Shown here: piece after piece, positions 18,419 through 27,894 of the stretch
How the letters are laid out: the number at the start of each line of letters is the position of its first letter
Numbering within the stretch: position 1 is the stretch's first letter
IMG/VR virus record: IMGVR_UViG_3300022745_000038
Coordinates: 1-57,837 of that record
Direction: 5' to 3' (one strand)
Length of the DNA: 57,837 bases
Origin: a virus
Taxonomy: Duplodnaviria; Caudoviricetes
Program-made: the position numbers and the translations under genes
Notes under the pieces: model-generated
Told to the model about the DNA's origin: nothing
The model's input: the letters and a program-made list of their open reading frames with translations, nothing else
Databases searched by the model: none

Positions 18419-21255
18419 TACCTCTCCAGCCGCCTCGGCGAATAATGGAGCGTCGCCCCAGTGATGACGTGCGACGGCTCGCATCGCGAAGAATTCGCGA
18501 ACAGGAACCCAACATTCCGCCCGACGCCATCGAGTTTGTACCTCACCCGGGAAAACGGCGGCGAGTCGTAGAAGGTCTGATTGTAGTAGGCATTGACGTC
18601 GTAGTACCCGCCCCCGCCATACACCACCTCGGTCGCACTGTTCGGAGCGGCCGGGTCCGATTCTCCGTACGACAGATCGGCTTGGATCTGTAGGGTCGCT
18701 CTGGCCGCGACCTTCGTCTCGAACACAGCCAGACGGTAGCGCTTCCGGAGCTCCGGGGATCGCGAGTGCTGGAACGACAGCCGAAGGGACGCTGGCAGCG
18801 TGAGCCCATCAAACGATGTCCCCCTCTCCATCTCGTAGACGAATCCGTTCGTCGACCCGAAGAAGATCCTCTCCGTCCCGTTGCTGTCCTCGCTCGTCCA
18901 CGCACACGTTGCCGGGTTGGTCAACGCGAGCTGGGCAATCCCAAGGATCTTCCTCCCCTCCATCGTCACAGCCGCCACAGATCCGTCCGAGAAGAACAAG
19001 CGGTACTGATTCCTCGATGGCAAGACCGTGCTCGCCACGGCCGTTCCTCGGCGAGCGTCGAAGAATCGCTGCGTCTTCCTGCTGACAGAGGAGTGCTCGA
19101 AGTTCCCGAACTCCTGCACGCTCCTCATCAACATCAGGCCTCGATCATCGAGGTACATGGCGATGCCGATGTTCTGCGCTGTCCACTCCAGCGCCCCAGT
19201 GTCGGGCGACGAAGTAACGAGGTTCCAGTCCGACGAACTCGAGCCGTAGAGCATCCTCGTGGAGTTTCTCGAAAACACCGCCAAAGCGCCGGACGAACCG
19301 TCGTTCGAAACCTGGGAGATGATGCTGGTAATCGTGTCGCCGACATTCAGTTCCGCCGCCCCGGTGAGCAACGTCCAAGACCAAGGGTTGCCGATCGCCG
19401 AGTGCTGGAGAGACCCGGCATAACTCAGGAACAGGTGCTTCTTGTGAATCGCGACGTGCGTGGGGAACTGCGTGGCAGGCATCCCGGTGTCAATGAAGGC
19501 GGCCGTTGTACCGTCGAACTCCACCGGGCGGTTGTTTCCGCCAACGATGTACAACTTCTGGCCATCCGTACCGCCCGTGATGTTGCCGATGGCGAAGTCC
19601 ATCCTCCGCCCCTCCGGCGCCGTGTCGAAGGCCCAAAACACCCCCGTGCCAAACGGATCATCAGTAGTCGCCGAGACGTTCGCCGTTATCCCTGCGGTGA
19701 ACGCTCCGACCGCGAAAGTTCCGGATGGCGATGTGTCCGCGCCATACAGCCGGCCGACGGCGTTCCCCCCGGCGAAGGAGCCGGACAGGATGACGATCCT
19801 GTCGAGCCGCATCGTCTGGGCTCCCTGCGTCAACGTCGCGCCGACAGCGGGCGGCGTTCCGGATCCGGTGTCGAACGTCAGATACCACCATGGCCCGAGA
19901 ACAGTCCACCCGGTTGTCGGATGAGACTTGAACATGTGCAAGCCGCCTTCCGCAGCGACCCGCCGGAAGGCGTACACGACATCGTTGTAACGGACGACGC
20001 CAAGCACCGGCCCGGTGCCCGGAACGGCCGCAATGGCGGTTCTCGTCGCGTCTGCCGCGAGGCACTTGTATGCCAAGTGCAAGTCGATGGTGTCGGCCCC
20101 GTCTTCGGTGACGTTCGATATGACACCGCCGCCGCTCGAAGCGCTGATCTTGACGAACATGCCAGACGCGGCCCAATCGCTCGACCATTCACCGTCGCCA
20201 ATGTCCCACGTGATCGTGGTGTTTGACATGATGAACTTGTAGACGTGCTCAGCGCCGATGCTGACGGTCGCATCCTCCTGCTTGAACATCGTCGTCCAAG
20301 TCGAGTCGGAGATGATGTTGATCCCCGGGTCAGGGGATCCACCTCCGCCGCTTCCGTTCGTGGAGATCCCGGCGAACGCGATCGAGTGAGTATGACCGGT
20401 GGGGCCGGTCGACGTCATGATCGGATCGGTGCCGAATCCTGAATTCCCCATCCCCGCAACCGCAGACGCTTCTACCACCCAGTCAGCATCGTTGGCGATC
20501 AGCCGAGGCAACTCGCGGTGATCAACGAACTCGAGAACCGTCATCGAGCCGTTGAACGTTGTTCCGCAGACGAACTGCACGGTGACCACCGGCGCATCGT
20601 TGTCTTGGTTCGTCGTGTACCAACACCCGCTCGCCGTCTCGATGAGGGGGTTGTTCCATATTTCACACGTCCAAGACTGGCCCTTGGAATCAGAAACCCA
20701 GCCGTTCTCCGCGCTCAATATGGACCCTGTCCCGGGGTACAACTTCCACACGGAAATGATCGCGACGAACAGGCTCTTCTTGTAGGTCGGCGTGATGGTG
20801 ACGGAAAGGCTAGTTACGTCCGCGCCCTGCGCCGTGTCGTATGAGACGACCTCAGCAAACGTCGCTGGGTCGATGCCAACAGGGTCAGGCGTAGCACCGA
20901 TAGACTCGCCATTCAGGAACGTCCCCGTCACGAGACCAACAACCTGCTGCCCTGTTGGCTGATCGAGCACGACCGCAGTCGCCCCAGAAGAGGACCCGGT
21001 GATCGTGTCGCCGACAGTTGCGGCGATGGTCCCGGTCATGTTCATGACCGTGTAGTGCGCATCCGATGGGCGCGGACGGCCATCGAACCGTTCGTACCCA
21101 TCGATCCTTCGATACCCACCATGGACTGCCACATCGTAGTTCTGCGACCCGATGATGCTCCCTGGGCGCGTCACGATCGGCGGAGACTCCTCGTCCAACC
21201 CACCGACCAGAGGGAAGAAATCCTGCGCGACCCGAGCGAAGGCTTGATCCGCCAT
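18418..21255 (-). CDS. Podovirus tail nozzle/stabilisation protein (P22 gp10 / tubular B-like)
   Basis: Start MADQAF in TGATG overlap; GGLDEESPP..GGYRRIDGYERFDG; beta-propeller-like C-terminus; follows the adaptor. Confidence 0.7.
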   Translation of the reverse strand: MADQAFARVAQDFFPLVGGLDEESPPIVTRPGSIIGSQNYDVAVHGGYRRIDGYERFDGRPRPSDAHYTVMNMTGTIAATVGDTITGSSSGATAVVLDQPTGQQVVGLVTGTFLNGESIGATPDPVGIDPATFAEVVSYDTAQGADVTSLSVTITPTYKKSLFVAIISVWKLYPGTGSILSAENGWVSDSKGQSWTCEIWNNPLIETASGCWYTTNQDNDAPVVTVQFVCGTTFNGSMTVLEFVDHRELPRLIANDADWVVEASAVAGMGNSGFGTDPIMTSTGPTGHTHSIAFAGISTNGSGGGGSPDPGINIISDSTWTTMFKQEDATVSIGAEHVYKFIMSNTTITWDIGDGEWSSDWAASGMFVKISASSGGGVISNVTEDGADTIDLHLAYKCLAADATRTAIAAVPGTGPVLGVVRYNDVVYAFRRVAAEGGLHMFKSHPTTGWTVLGPWWYLTFDTGSGTPPAVGATLTQGAQTMRLDRIVILSGSFAGGNAVGRLYGADTSPSGTFAVGAFTAGITANVSATTDDPFGTGVFWAFDTAPEGRRMDFAIGNITGGTDGQKLYIVGGNNRPVEFDGTTAAFIDTGMPATQFPTHVAIHKKHLFLSYAGSLQHSAIGNPWSWTLLTGAAELNVGDTITSIISQVSNDGSSGALAVFSRNSTRMLYGSSSSDWNLVTSSPDTGALEWTAQNIGIAMYLDDRGLMLMRSVQEFGNFEHSSVSRKTQRFFDARRGTAVASTVLPSRNQYRLFFSDGSVAAVTMEGRKILGIAQLALTNPATCAWTSEDSNGTERIFFGSTNGFVYEMERGTSFDGLTLPASLRLSFQHSRSPELRKRYRLAVFETKVAARATLQIQADLSYGESDPAAPNSATEVVYGGGGYYDVNAYYNQTFYDSPPFSRVRYKLDGVGRNVGFLFANSSRCEPSHVITGATLHYSPRRLER

Positions 21256-21941
21256 CAGCGCACCAAAGGCGGAGCGGTCCGCATCTGCGGAAGGTACTTC
21301 CGTCGCATCCTCTGCAGCATCCTCCGATAGTTGTTCTTCGCCCGGGTGAAAGCCTCCGGGGCCGACTCGAACTCCCCATACGACATCAGGGCCCGCCAGA
21401 CGATGATCATGTGCAGATCTGGAGACCAAGCGGGCGTGTCGGCATTTGCCGACAGCGCAACCGCCTGCTTCCAGTACTCGAAGGTGATGTCGAACACAGC
21501 GTTCGGAGTCGGGGCCAAGATGATCGAGAAATCATCCGGCAACACCGCGAACGCAGTCGGCCTGCCAGTGTTCGCGGCCTGAGCGCCGAAGTCATACACC
21601 TCCCGGAACTGGTCGTACAGCCAGTAGTCGAGCGGCTGCTCATCGGCCCTTCCCACAGATGCCAGACTCGCCCGGAACGATCCCTCGACCCATCGGCTGA
21701 AGGTGCCCTCGATGCCAATGTTGTCGGTCGTGTAGGTCTTCGTCCCGGACACCGTCGCAAACGAGTCCCTCGTGCGCAGGAACGTCCAGTCCTGGTGGAG
21801 GGTGGATATCTCGAGGTGAGCGTCCCGAGTCCACTCGACGATCCTCAAGTACTCCCCCCTTTGCCCAGACGTGCTCGGCGGGCCGGAGTCTGAAACCCCA
21901 GCCTCGAGCGCCACCCGCCGGCAAAGGTCGAGAAAGTTCAC
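21255..21941 (-). CDS. Head-tail adaptor (tail tubular A / P22 gp4-like)
   Basis: MNFLDLCRRVALEAG..., WTFL, APTPNAVF, HMIIVWRAL pattern. Confidence 0.7.
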   Translation of the reverse strand: MNFLDLCRRVALEAGVSDSGPPSTSGQRGEYLRIVEWTRDAHLEISTLHQDWTFLRTRDSFATVSGTKTYTTDNIGIEGTFSRWVEGSFRASLASVGRADEQPLDYWLYDQFREVYDFGAQAANTGRPTAFAVLPDDFSIILAPTPNAVFDITFEYWKQAVALSANADTPAWSPDLHMIIVWRALMSYGEFESAPEAFTRAKNNYRRMLQRMRRKYLPQMRTAPPLVR

Positions 21942-22414
21942 GCGGCTTGCCTTGCGGCCCGCTCGGTGAGTCGCTCAAACCATGAGCGACCGCGCGGGTT
22001 GGTGTCTTCCACCAAGGCAACGGGGAACGTGTGAGTGGTCCGCGGGACCATCGAGATCTGGTCCGGGGCGGCTGGGTTCTGCACCGTCTGGTTGTAGCTC
22101 GTGGTCACCGTATGAACGAGCGCCTCAAGGTACTTCCGCTTGACGACTTGGGTAAGGCCGCGGACGATCGGCTGTTGGATGCCGTTCACCGAAGGTGAGA
22201 TCACCGCCAGTTCGCCGTCACCCTGCCCCTGCGACACCAGGATCTTCACCTTCTCGTTCATGAACGCCTCGTCTTCAGCGAGCTTCATGAAGTCCGCATC
22301 GCGGTCGGGGATCTCCAGACTCGCGGATCCCGCGCCGATCTCCTCAAGCGGTATCGGATCGTCCTTGGGCTTGAACACGTCTCGGATGTCGATCTCTTTG
22401 CGCTGCTTGGCCAT
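21938..22414 (-). CDS. Hypothetical conserved phage protein
   Basis: GAGG RBS before MAKQRKE; FMNE..VNG..RG..VKRKYLEAL. Confidence 0.7.
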   Translation of the reverse strand: MAKQRKEIDIRDVFKPKDDPIPLEEIGAGSASLEIPDRDADFMKLAEDEAFMNEKVKILVSQGQGDGELAVISPSVNGIQQPIVRGLTQVVKRKYLEALVHTVTTSYNQTVQNPAAPDQISMVPRTTHTFPVALVEDTNPRGRSWFERLTERAARQAA

Positions 22415-22430
22415 TGTTTCCTCTGATGTA

Positions 22431-22456
22431 GAAAGGGGGCCCGAAAGCCCCCTCCT
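22431..22456 (-). terminator. Probable intrinsic terminator after the capsid/decoration genes
   Basis: Hairpin AGGGGGC-TTTCGG-GCCCCCT followed by a short TTC tail on the minus strand. Confidence 0.55.
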
Positions 22457-22476
22457 GAATGCCCGTCCAGTACCGA

Positions 22477-22929
22477 TTACGACGTCAGCGGACGGGTCGG
22501 GCTTGACGAAGTGTTGTACAGGGTTGCCGTGATGCCGGAAGCGCTGAAGTCGGTGCTGTTGGCCGTGAAGGTCGCCGACGCGCTGGTCTCGATCCGGATC
22601 GCCCCGACCATCACCTTGCCCGCCTGCGCACTCGGCCACTCCAGAACGGCAGCGCCGGACGCCAGCTCGGTCGAGGAGACAATCTTCGCCTGCGTGGTCG
22701 TCACCGCCCCGGCCGTGTCCAGATGTACGCCGAACAGGCACACCTGAGAGTTCCCGAGCGTCGTGTGAGCGGAAGAGAACGGCAGATTGTCCGTCGCGCT
22801 CTTGGCGAAGATCCGGCCGTCGATGGCGTAGGTGATCGTTGCAGCAGTCTTGAACGTGTTCGCATTCGTGCCTTCGGCAAGTCCGCCGGAGGTAAATGCC
22901 ATCGTCACGCCTTGCATTTCTTGGTACAT
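22477..22929 (-). CDS. Head decoration/cement protein (putative)
   Basis: Small T/A/S-rich beta protein after the capsid gene; AAGGA RBS. Confidence 0.6.
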   Translation of the reverse strand: MYQEMQGVTMAFTSGGLAEGTNANTFKTAATITYAIDGRIFAKSATDNLPFSSAHTTLGNSQVCLFGVHLDTAGAVTTTQAKIVSSTELASGAAVLEWPSAQAGKVMVGAIRIETSASATFTANSTDFSASGITATLYNTSSSPTRPLTS

Positions 22930-22964
22930 GAGAATTCCTTTCGAGGTTGCTGTCGACGTGTCGG

Positions 22965-23177
22965 TTACGACGTGGTCGTGAGCGCGGCCGGGTTCGTGAG
23001 CGATGCGTAGTTCGTGTCCGCCACCCCGGTATCCGCGTCCAACTTCGCGGTGATGGCGACGACAGCCGCACGCAACGCCGTGAGATCGGCGAGGACGGTG
23101 GTCAGTAGCGGACGGATCTCCCTGACAGTCACCCGGTCGGGGACTGTTGCGAGCCGCTGCGCGATGCTTTCAGGCAT
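22965..23177 (-). CDS. Small capsid-associated protein
   Basis: GGAG RBS; AKLDADTGVADTNY; directly after the MCP. Confidence 0.6.
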   Translation of the reverse strand: MPESIAQRLATVPDRVTVREIRPLLTTVLADLTALRAAVVAITAKLDADTGVADTNYASLTNPAALTTTS

Positions 23178-23210
23178 TGATATCTCCCGGGCCCCGTAGG
23201 GCCCATTGCA

Positions 23211-24254
23211 TTACAGCGCGGTGACGGCGTGCTCGATGCGGACCATCCAGTTCTCGTTGAGACGGACGGCCGCAGTCCACGTGCTGGCACCAACGTACCC
23301 GAACATGCCCAGCGGGTTGGCGTGATTGAGCTGGTCGACCGGCACCATGCGAGGCGTGATCGATCCCATTCCCTTCAGCGCAACCGAGCCCCACGCATCT
23401 TCCGCGCAGATGATCATCGGGTACACGTCGGCTGCCGACCCGCCGTTCGACTTGACCGTCGATCCCGGCGTGCCGCCTGCGTCCAAGAACGGCGCGAACA
23501 GCGGCGACGACACGAACCGGAAGTCCTCGACAGACCCGACTTCATGCGGATCGATGACCTTGCGACGCCCGTACTCAGCGACCTTCGTGAAGCCCGGCAG
23601 GTTGCGGATGTCCGCGACCGCATCCGGGTGGATGTAGGCGACGTAACCCGCCTCGACCGACGAGGTGCCGTAGTTCGGCCCGGCGTCGAGGATCGTCGTC
23701 ACGCGCATCGCGCGGTTGCTCTCCAAGCCACGGACTGCGGCACGGAGTTTGTTCAGCGAGATGACCGTGTTGACCGAAGACCGCGCGGAGCCGTTGGTGT
23801 AGACCACCGCGGTGCCGGCCTTGTACGCGCCGTATCGGACCAGTTCCACGACCTCGGCGAGACGTTGCGCGATCAGGCGCTGCATGTCCGCCGGGATGTC
23901 GTCCTCGTACAGGTGCTTGACCTTGCTCGAGAACTTGTACAGGCAGCCGTAGTTCTGCAGCGTCACCGACACATCGGTGTAGCTCATCGTGTCCGGCGCG
24001 GGGTTCGTACCCTCCTGCAGGACATGCGCCGATGCGCTGATCACCGGGGTGCCGGAGTAGCCGGATGCCGGGTTCGACAGTTGGGTCGCCCCGTAGGGGA
24101 CGAGCCGGCGGAACACAACCGTGTCGGTCATGTTCTTCGGCTGCTCTTTCTGCGTGCCGGTTCGGCCGAGCACTTGGATCGTGTCGGCGTACCGGAGCAT
24201 CTGCCGCTCCGCCCGGATGAGATTCCGGGATACTGCGGTGCTGTACTGTTGCAT
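23211..24254 (-). CDS. Major capsid protein (N4-gp56-like family)
   Basis: 347 aa; PKNMTDTVVFRR, LQEGTNP, NPLGMFGYVG, LNENWMVRIE; after the scaffold. Confidence 0.9.
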   Translation of the reverse strand: MQQYSTAVSRNLIRAERQMLRYADTIQVLGRTGTQKEQPKNMTDTVVFRRLVPYGATQLSNPASGYSGTPVISASAHVLQEGTNPAPDTMSYTDVSVTLQNYGCLYKFSSKVKHLYEDDIPADMQRLIAQRLAEVVELVRYGAYKAGTAVVYTNGSARSSVNTVISLNKLRAAVRGLESNRAMRVTTILDAGPNYGTSSVEAGYVAYIHPDAVADIRNLPGFTKVAEYGRRKVIDPHEVGSVEDFRFVSSPLFAPFLDAGGTPGSTVKSNGGSAADVYPMIICAEDAWGSVALKGMGSITPRMVPVDQLNHANPLGMFGYVGASTWTAAVRLNENWMVRIEHAVTAL

Positions 24255-24257
24255 GGT

Positions 24258-24395
24258 CTACTTTTTCCCTGGAGGGTTGGGTTTCTGCTCGCGCATGGCC
24301 CGGTTGATGATTCCGACAGGGAGTGACGGCTTGGCCTTCGCCGGAGCGGCGGCCCTTGCAACGTTTCGCGACGGCGTCGTGCTGTACGTTTGCAT
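24258..24395 (-). CDS. 45-aa ORF whose N-terminus resembles the capsid N-terminus
   Basis: MQTYSTTPSRNVARA vs MCP MQQYSTAVSRNLIRA; TGATG coupling to the scaffold stop. Confidence 0.55.
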   Translation of the reverse strand: MQTYSTTPSRNVARAAAPAKAKPSLPVGIINRAMREQKPNPPGKK

Positions 24396-25315
24396 CACCT
24401 TCGACGGGATTTCTCCGCGTCTTCCCTATCCATTTCAGCCCAGATTTCTTCCTTCGTCTTCAGCGCATCCGGCTTCGCCGCCACTGGGCGTGAACTGCCC
24501 ATTGAGGGTGCCGCTGCGTTGTCGAGTCGGGACTGCCTGTTGCGCTGAACTGTCGTCGGGTCGGGCTGCGAGCCCTTCCAGGATTGATACAGATCCAGCA
24601 TTCGAATCGCGTCCCTCGGATCGTCGCTCGCTCCAAGCGCATTCACTGCTTGCGGTTGGGATTGACGCCACGACACGAAGTCTGCCGACTTCACGATCGT
24701 CTTCCAGTCCGAATGCTTGAACTCCACCAGAAGGTCGCGGGTTGATTGCAACTCCCCTGCGAGGTTCTGGTGAGACTCCAGAAGCGTACTGACTGCAGAC
24801 TTCAACTCTTCCGGCTCCGGATTGGTCGACCCGAGAACGGCGTCGATCAACTCCTCTGCGCCGGAAGCGATGTCCGGGAAATCTTCAGCAACACGTTGCC
24901 ACTTGTCCGGCCTCTTTGGCAATCGTTGAGTCGGAGACTTCGGCGGCTCTTCCTTCGCCTTCTCCGCCTTGGCCAAGGCTGACTGAAGAGCAGACACCCG
25001 CCCAGCGGTGCGCTTCAGTTCTTGGTCTCGCGCAAGATCGCGCTGCTGCAGTTCGTTGACCAGCTTGTGGAGCTTTGCCAACTCGTCATTCGATTGGTCC
25101 GCCACAGTGGCGGATGCCTTTTCTTTCGGCGCCGGTTCATCGCGAGGTGCGTCATCGCGGTCTTCGGCATCGTCTGCATCGTCATCGGCGTCATTCGCCG
25201 GCTCAGGGCTCGCGGCTTGAATGACAGCCTCATCACCCTTCTCGTCCATCTCGTCCCACACAGCGGCCGCCTCGGCGTCGCTCAGGTGTTTCTTGTTGAG
25301 ATCTTCGGTCGCCAT
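24395..25315 (-). CDS. Capsid scaffolding protein
   Basis: Acidic N-terminus, coiled coil, HSDW..F..W motif; upstream of the MCP. Confidence 0.75.
   Translation of the reverse strand: MATEDLNKKHLSDAEAAAVWDEMDEKGDEAVIQAASPEPANDADDDADDAEDRDDAPRDEPAPKEKASATVADQSNDELAKLHKLVNELQQRDLARDQELKRTAGRVSALQSALAKAEKAKEEPPKSPTQRLPKRPDKWQRVAEDFPDIASGAEELIDAVLGSTNPEPEELKSAVSTLLESHQNLAGELQSTRDLLVEFKHSDWKTIVKSADFVSWRQSQPQAVNALGASDDPRDAIRMLDLYQSWKGSQPDPTTVQRNRQSRLDNAAAPSMGSSRPVAAKPDALKTKEEIWAEMDREDAEKSRRR
25098..25114. repeat. 17-bp palindrome copy 6, encodes SATVAD in the scaffold
   Basis: TCCGCCACAGTGGCGGA. Confidence 0.95.
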
Positions 25316-25318
25316 GCA

Positions 25319-25525
25319 CTACCCCATCTGTTGCCGTGCGATCTCTTTCTTCGCCAAGGTCTCCGGCAATCGAATGAGATCGGACAGTTCTGCAATGCGC
25401 CCACGGAGGACCTGTGACTGGTCATGCGTGAGCCCCGTTTTCGCAAGGTCGTTGAGCAGGCTTTCCTTGCGCGCCTTTGCGTGCGAAACCACGCTGTGCC
25501 ATACCGTGGTGTTCGGATCGATCAC
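25319..25525 (-). CDS. Small conserved pre-scaffold protein (Bbp19-like, tentative)
   Basis: W..V...LRGRIAELSDLI pattern. Confidence 0.55.
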   Translation of the reverse strand: MIDPNTTVWHSVVSHAKARKESLLNDLAKTGLTHDQSQVLRGRIAELSDLIRLPETLAKKEIARQQMG

Positions 25526-25533
25526 CGGAACAG

Positions 25534-25959
25534 TTACCCCTCGTGCTTTCTGTCCGTCCGATCATCCCGCATGTCCGCCCTGTTCCGCTTCTTGATGGGC
25601 ACGCCGAAGGACTCGGCCTTGGCCTTGAGGGCCCACCATGCAAGGTCGAGCGCCTCCTTCGCGTAGACGCAGACGATCCCAGCGATGAGATATCCGAGAG
25701 GGGAGTCCGCGTACCCAACCCAGCGCATCGCGAGCCAGACCAGCAACCCCACGAACCCGGACACCAAGCTCTTCCGCAGGAGGTGGCCGACGTGGGACGC
25801 GATCCTCGAGTCAACGAGCCGCCTCTCCACTGCCCGGATGTATGACACGATCCCCGCGACCGTCGAGATCAGGATGTAGCCGACCGCAGTCGCGGCGGCC
25901 CCAAGCGCGTCTACAGCACGCTGCGCATCCAGAATCAACTCAGTGAAGAATTTCGCCAC
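25534..25959 (-). CDS. Holin-like membrane protein
   Basis: Three hydrophobic segments and a charged C-terminal tail. Confidence 0.55.
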   Translation of the reverse strand: MAKFFTELILDAQRAVDALGAAATAVGYILISTVAGIVSYIRAVERRLVDSRIASHVGHLLRKSLVSGFVGLLVWLAMRWVGYADSPLGYLIAGIVCVYAKEALDLAWWALKAKAESFGVPIKKRNRADMRDDRTDRKHEG

Positions 25960-26345
25960 AGTGGCTCATCCCGCCGCATTTCGACGACCTTGAGGATAAG
26001 GCTCATGGCCGCCATCGACGGGGGCATGACTGTGGAAAATGCCCAATACCACCCACGATCAAGCATCGCGACTGACATCGCCGCCCACACCATCATCGAC
26101 AGCACGAGCGCGGTTCGGTACAGCCATGTGCACTTCGGGTGACGCAACGTTCCTGCAGCCAGGAACGCGCCAACAGCCATCATGACGTATGGCCACTCCC
26201 AGCCGAAATCATGGTCGATCTTCTGCGCCACCGCGGCAATGGCAGACCCGCTCCCGAACTCAAGGAGAGCGCCCCATGACATCAGGGCCAGAGAGATTCC
26301 GAAGGCGATAGGCATCCTCAGAGCATAGAAAATGTCCGTCCTCAT
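25935..26345 (-). CDS. Membrane protein (about 4 TM)
   Basis: MRTDIF start overlapping the upstream stop; hydrophobic helices. Confidence 0.6.
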   Translation of the reverse strand: MRTDIFYALRMPIAFGISLALMSWGALLEFGSGSAIAAVAQKIDHDFGWEWPYVMMAVGAFLAAGTLRHPKCTWLYRTALVLSMMVWAAMSVAMLDRGWYWAFSTVMPPSMAAMSLILKVVEMRRDEPLWRNSSLS

Positions 26346-27637
26346 CGTCGACCCTTCCGGACGTGCCATGTGCGCTTCCACTCGGTGATGAACGCGCCGC
26401 CAGTCGTCGGGTCGAGCGTCGTGGTGGCGCTGCCATCGTCCTGACGGCTCAAGCTCTGCCCGCGTCGCATGTACCCGCGCACGACGTCCTCTTGGTAGAA
26501 CCTCGGGCTGACGGCATAGATGCCAAGGAATGCTGCGCCCTCCACGACCGGCGCGACGGCACGCTTGGCAGATGCGCGCGGCCGCTCATCTTGCCCGCGG
26601 AACGGCGGCATCCTGTGAAACGGAGACATCTGCGCGTCTTCGTTCGGCCGCGCCGGGCGTCGCTGAAGCGTCTGCCTCTCATCTGGCGCGATGAGTGGCG
26701 GGCTCCTGAAGGTCGAGAACGATGACGGATCATCCCAGCGCAGAGACACGCGCTTCTGGACCGGGCGATCGTCCGACGACGATTGGAATGGCGCAGCAGG
26801 CGACCCCGGAAGCAGAGCGCCCTTTTCGTCGAATCTCGTTGGAGCCTGAGCGCGACGCGGCCGCCCTTGGTCCTCTCCTGTGAATGGCAGCCCTGAATCA
26901 AGCAACAGAAGAGATTTGACCTGCTGCTCATCCCTCCCTGCGAGGAGCGGCCGCCTCTGCTGACGGGGAGAATCGGCATCGAAGAACGGGGCCGCTGGCC
27001 ACCCCGGCAGCATCGTCTGCTGATCGTCTGCTCGAACAACGTAAGTCCGCCGGATCGGCCGTCCATCATCTGCCCCGACAAATGGGGCCGAGATGACCAC
27101 CGCAGTCAGCGTCAGACCCGGCGCGTCATCGAAACGGCGAGCAATCCGTCGAATCGACGGCTGGATATCACCAGAGTCGGCGAAGACCGCCACTGTGGCG
27201 GATTGCGCGAAGGTCGACGCAGAGACGTCATCAGGTCGCTGCGGACGCGTCCGAGATCCTTGGCGAACGTTCTCCTCGAAGAACGGAGATCGCGTTGTGA
27301 ACGCCGTCAGGAGCGGCGATGACGCATCGTCCTGGCGCTGCTGGATCCGGCGAGATGCCGCGCGGATATCGCCGTCATTCGCGAACGGCGCAGATGCAGA
27401 AGACGTGAACGTCAGCGCGGCCGCGTCATCGACAACGGCCCTTGCCGTTCGCTTCGAAGGATGGCTGTCATCACCCCCAACGAACGGAGACGCGGCCACA
27501 ACGGCCAGCGTCGTCAGCAGTATCGCTGGGGCGTCTTCTATGAAACCGCGCTGACCACGCAGTCGCGGGCGGCCCTCCTCTTGGGCCTTGAATGGAGATG
27601 CTGCAGGCGTCCCGCCGCTGTTGAGCAGAAGGGACAT
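26342..27637 (-). CDS. Hypothetical protein with about 12 internal 31-36-aa repeats
   Basis: Recurrent (S/A)PF-x3-DD-x-RP-x-RR-x5-DD units. Confidence 0.65.
   Translation of the reverse strand: MSLLLNSGGTPAASPFKAQEEGRPRLRGQRGFIEDAPAILLTTLAVVAASPFVGGDDSHPSKRTARAVVDDAAALTFTSSASAPFANDGDIRAASRRIQQRQDDASSPLLTAFTTRSPFFEENVRQGSRTRPQRPDDVSASTFAQSATVAVFADSGDIQPSIRRIARRFDDAPGLTLTAVVISAPFVGADDGRPIRRTYVVRADDQQTMLPGWPAAPFFDADSPRQQRRPLLAGRDEQQVKSLLLLDSGLPFTGEDQGRPRRAQAPTRFDEKGALLPGSPAAPFQSSSDDRPVQKRVSLRWDDPSSFSTFRSPPLIAPDERQTLQRRPARPNEDAQMSPFHRMPPFRGQDERPRASAKRAVAPVVEGAAFLGIYAVSPRFYQEDVVRGYMRRGQSLSRQDDGSATTTLDPTTGGAFITEWKRTWHVRKGRR
27186..27202. repeat. 17-bp palindrome copy 7 (one outer mismatch), encodes SATVAV
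   Basis: aCCGCCACTGTGGCGGA. Confidence 0.9.
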
Positions 27638-27648
27638 GGGCTACTCGG

Positions 27649-27894
27649 TCAGACTGCCCCGGCAAACACGGCCGTCGTCACATCCGTTTCCCGGATCAGG
27701 TACTTCCACTCGACGCCATCAGCGTCGGAGACGATGATTTCCGCTTCACCCTCGATGAAAACAGGGTCGCACTCGTGCTCAACCCCGCCAAGATTCCCGC
27801 CGCTCAGCACGACCTTCACGTTGAACTCCTGTCGCCATTTCTGCATGAACACTCCGCGCCTGCACAATGGCAGGTCGGAGAACCATTGCCTCAC
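27649..27894 (-). CDS. Hypothetical protein
   Basis: Fills the gap in the operon; start uncertain (27894 or 27846). Confidence 0.5.
   Translation of the reverse strand: MRQWFSDLPLCRRGVFMQKWRQEFNVKVVLSGGNLGGVEHECDPVFIEGEAEIIVSDADGVEWKYLIRETDVTTAVFAGAV

Noticed and set aside
21938-23071. Long N-terminal extensions in the ORF track (also 29894, 21429, 18484, 40017, 38918 starts)
   Set aside because: They overlap real upstream genes; internal starts with an RBS or stop-start coupling fit better.
25954-25965. Partial palindrome matches (also about 16876, 42522, 53825)
   Set aside because: Only 11-12 bp match; not counted as full sites.
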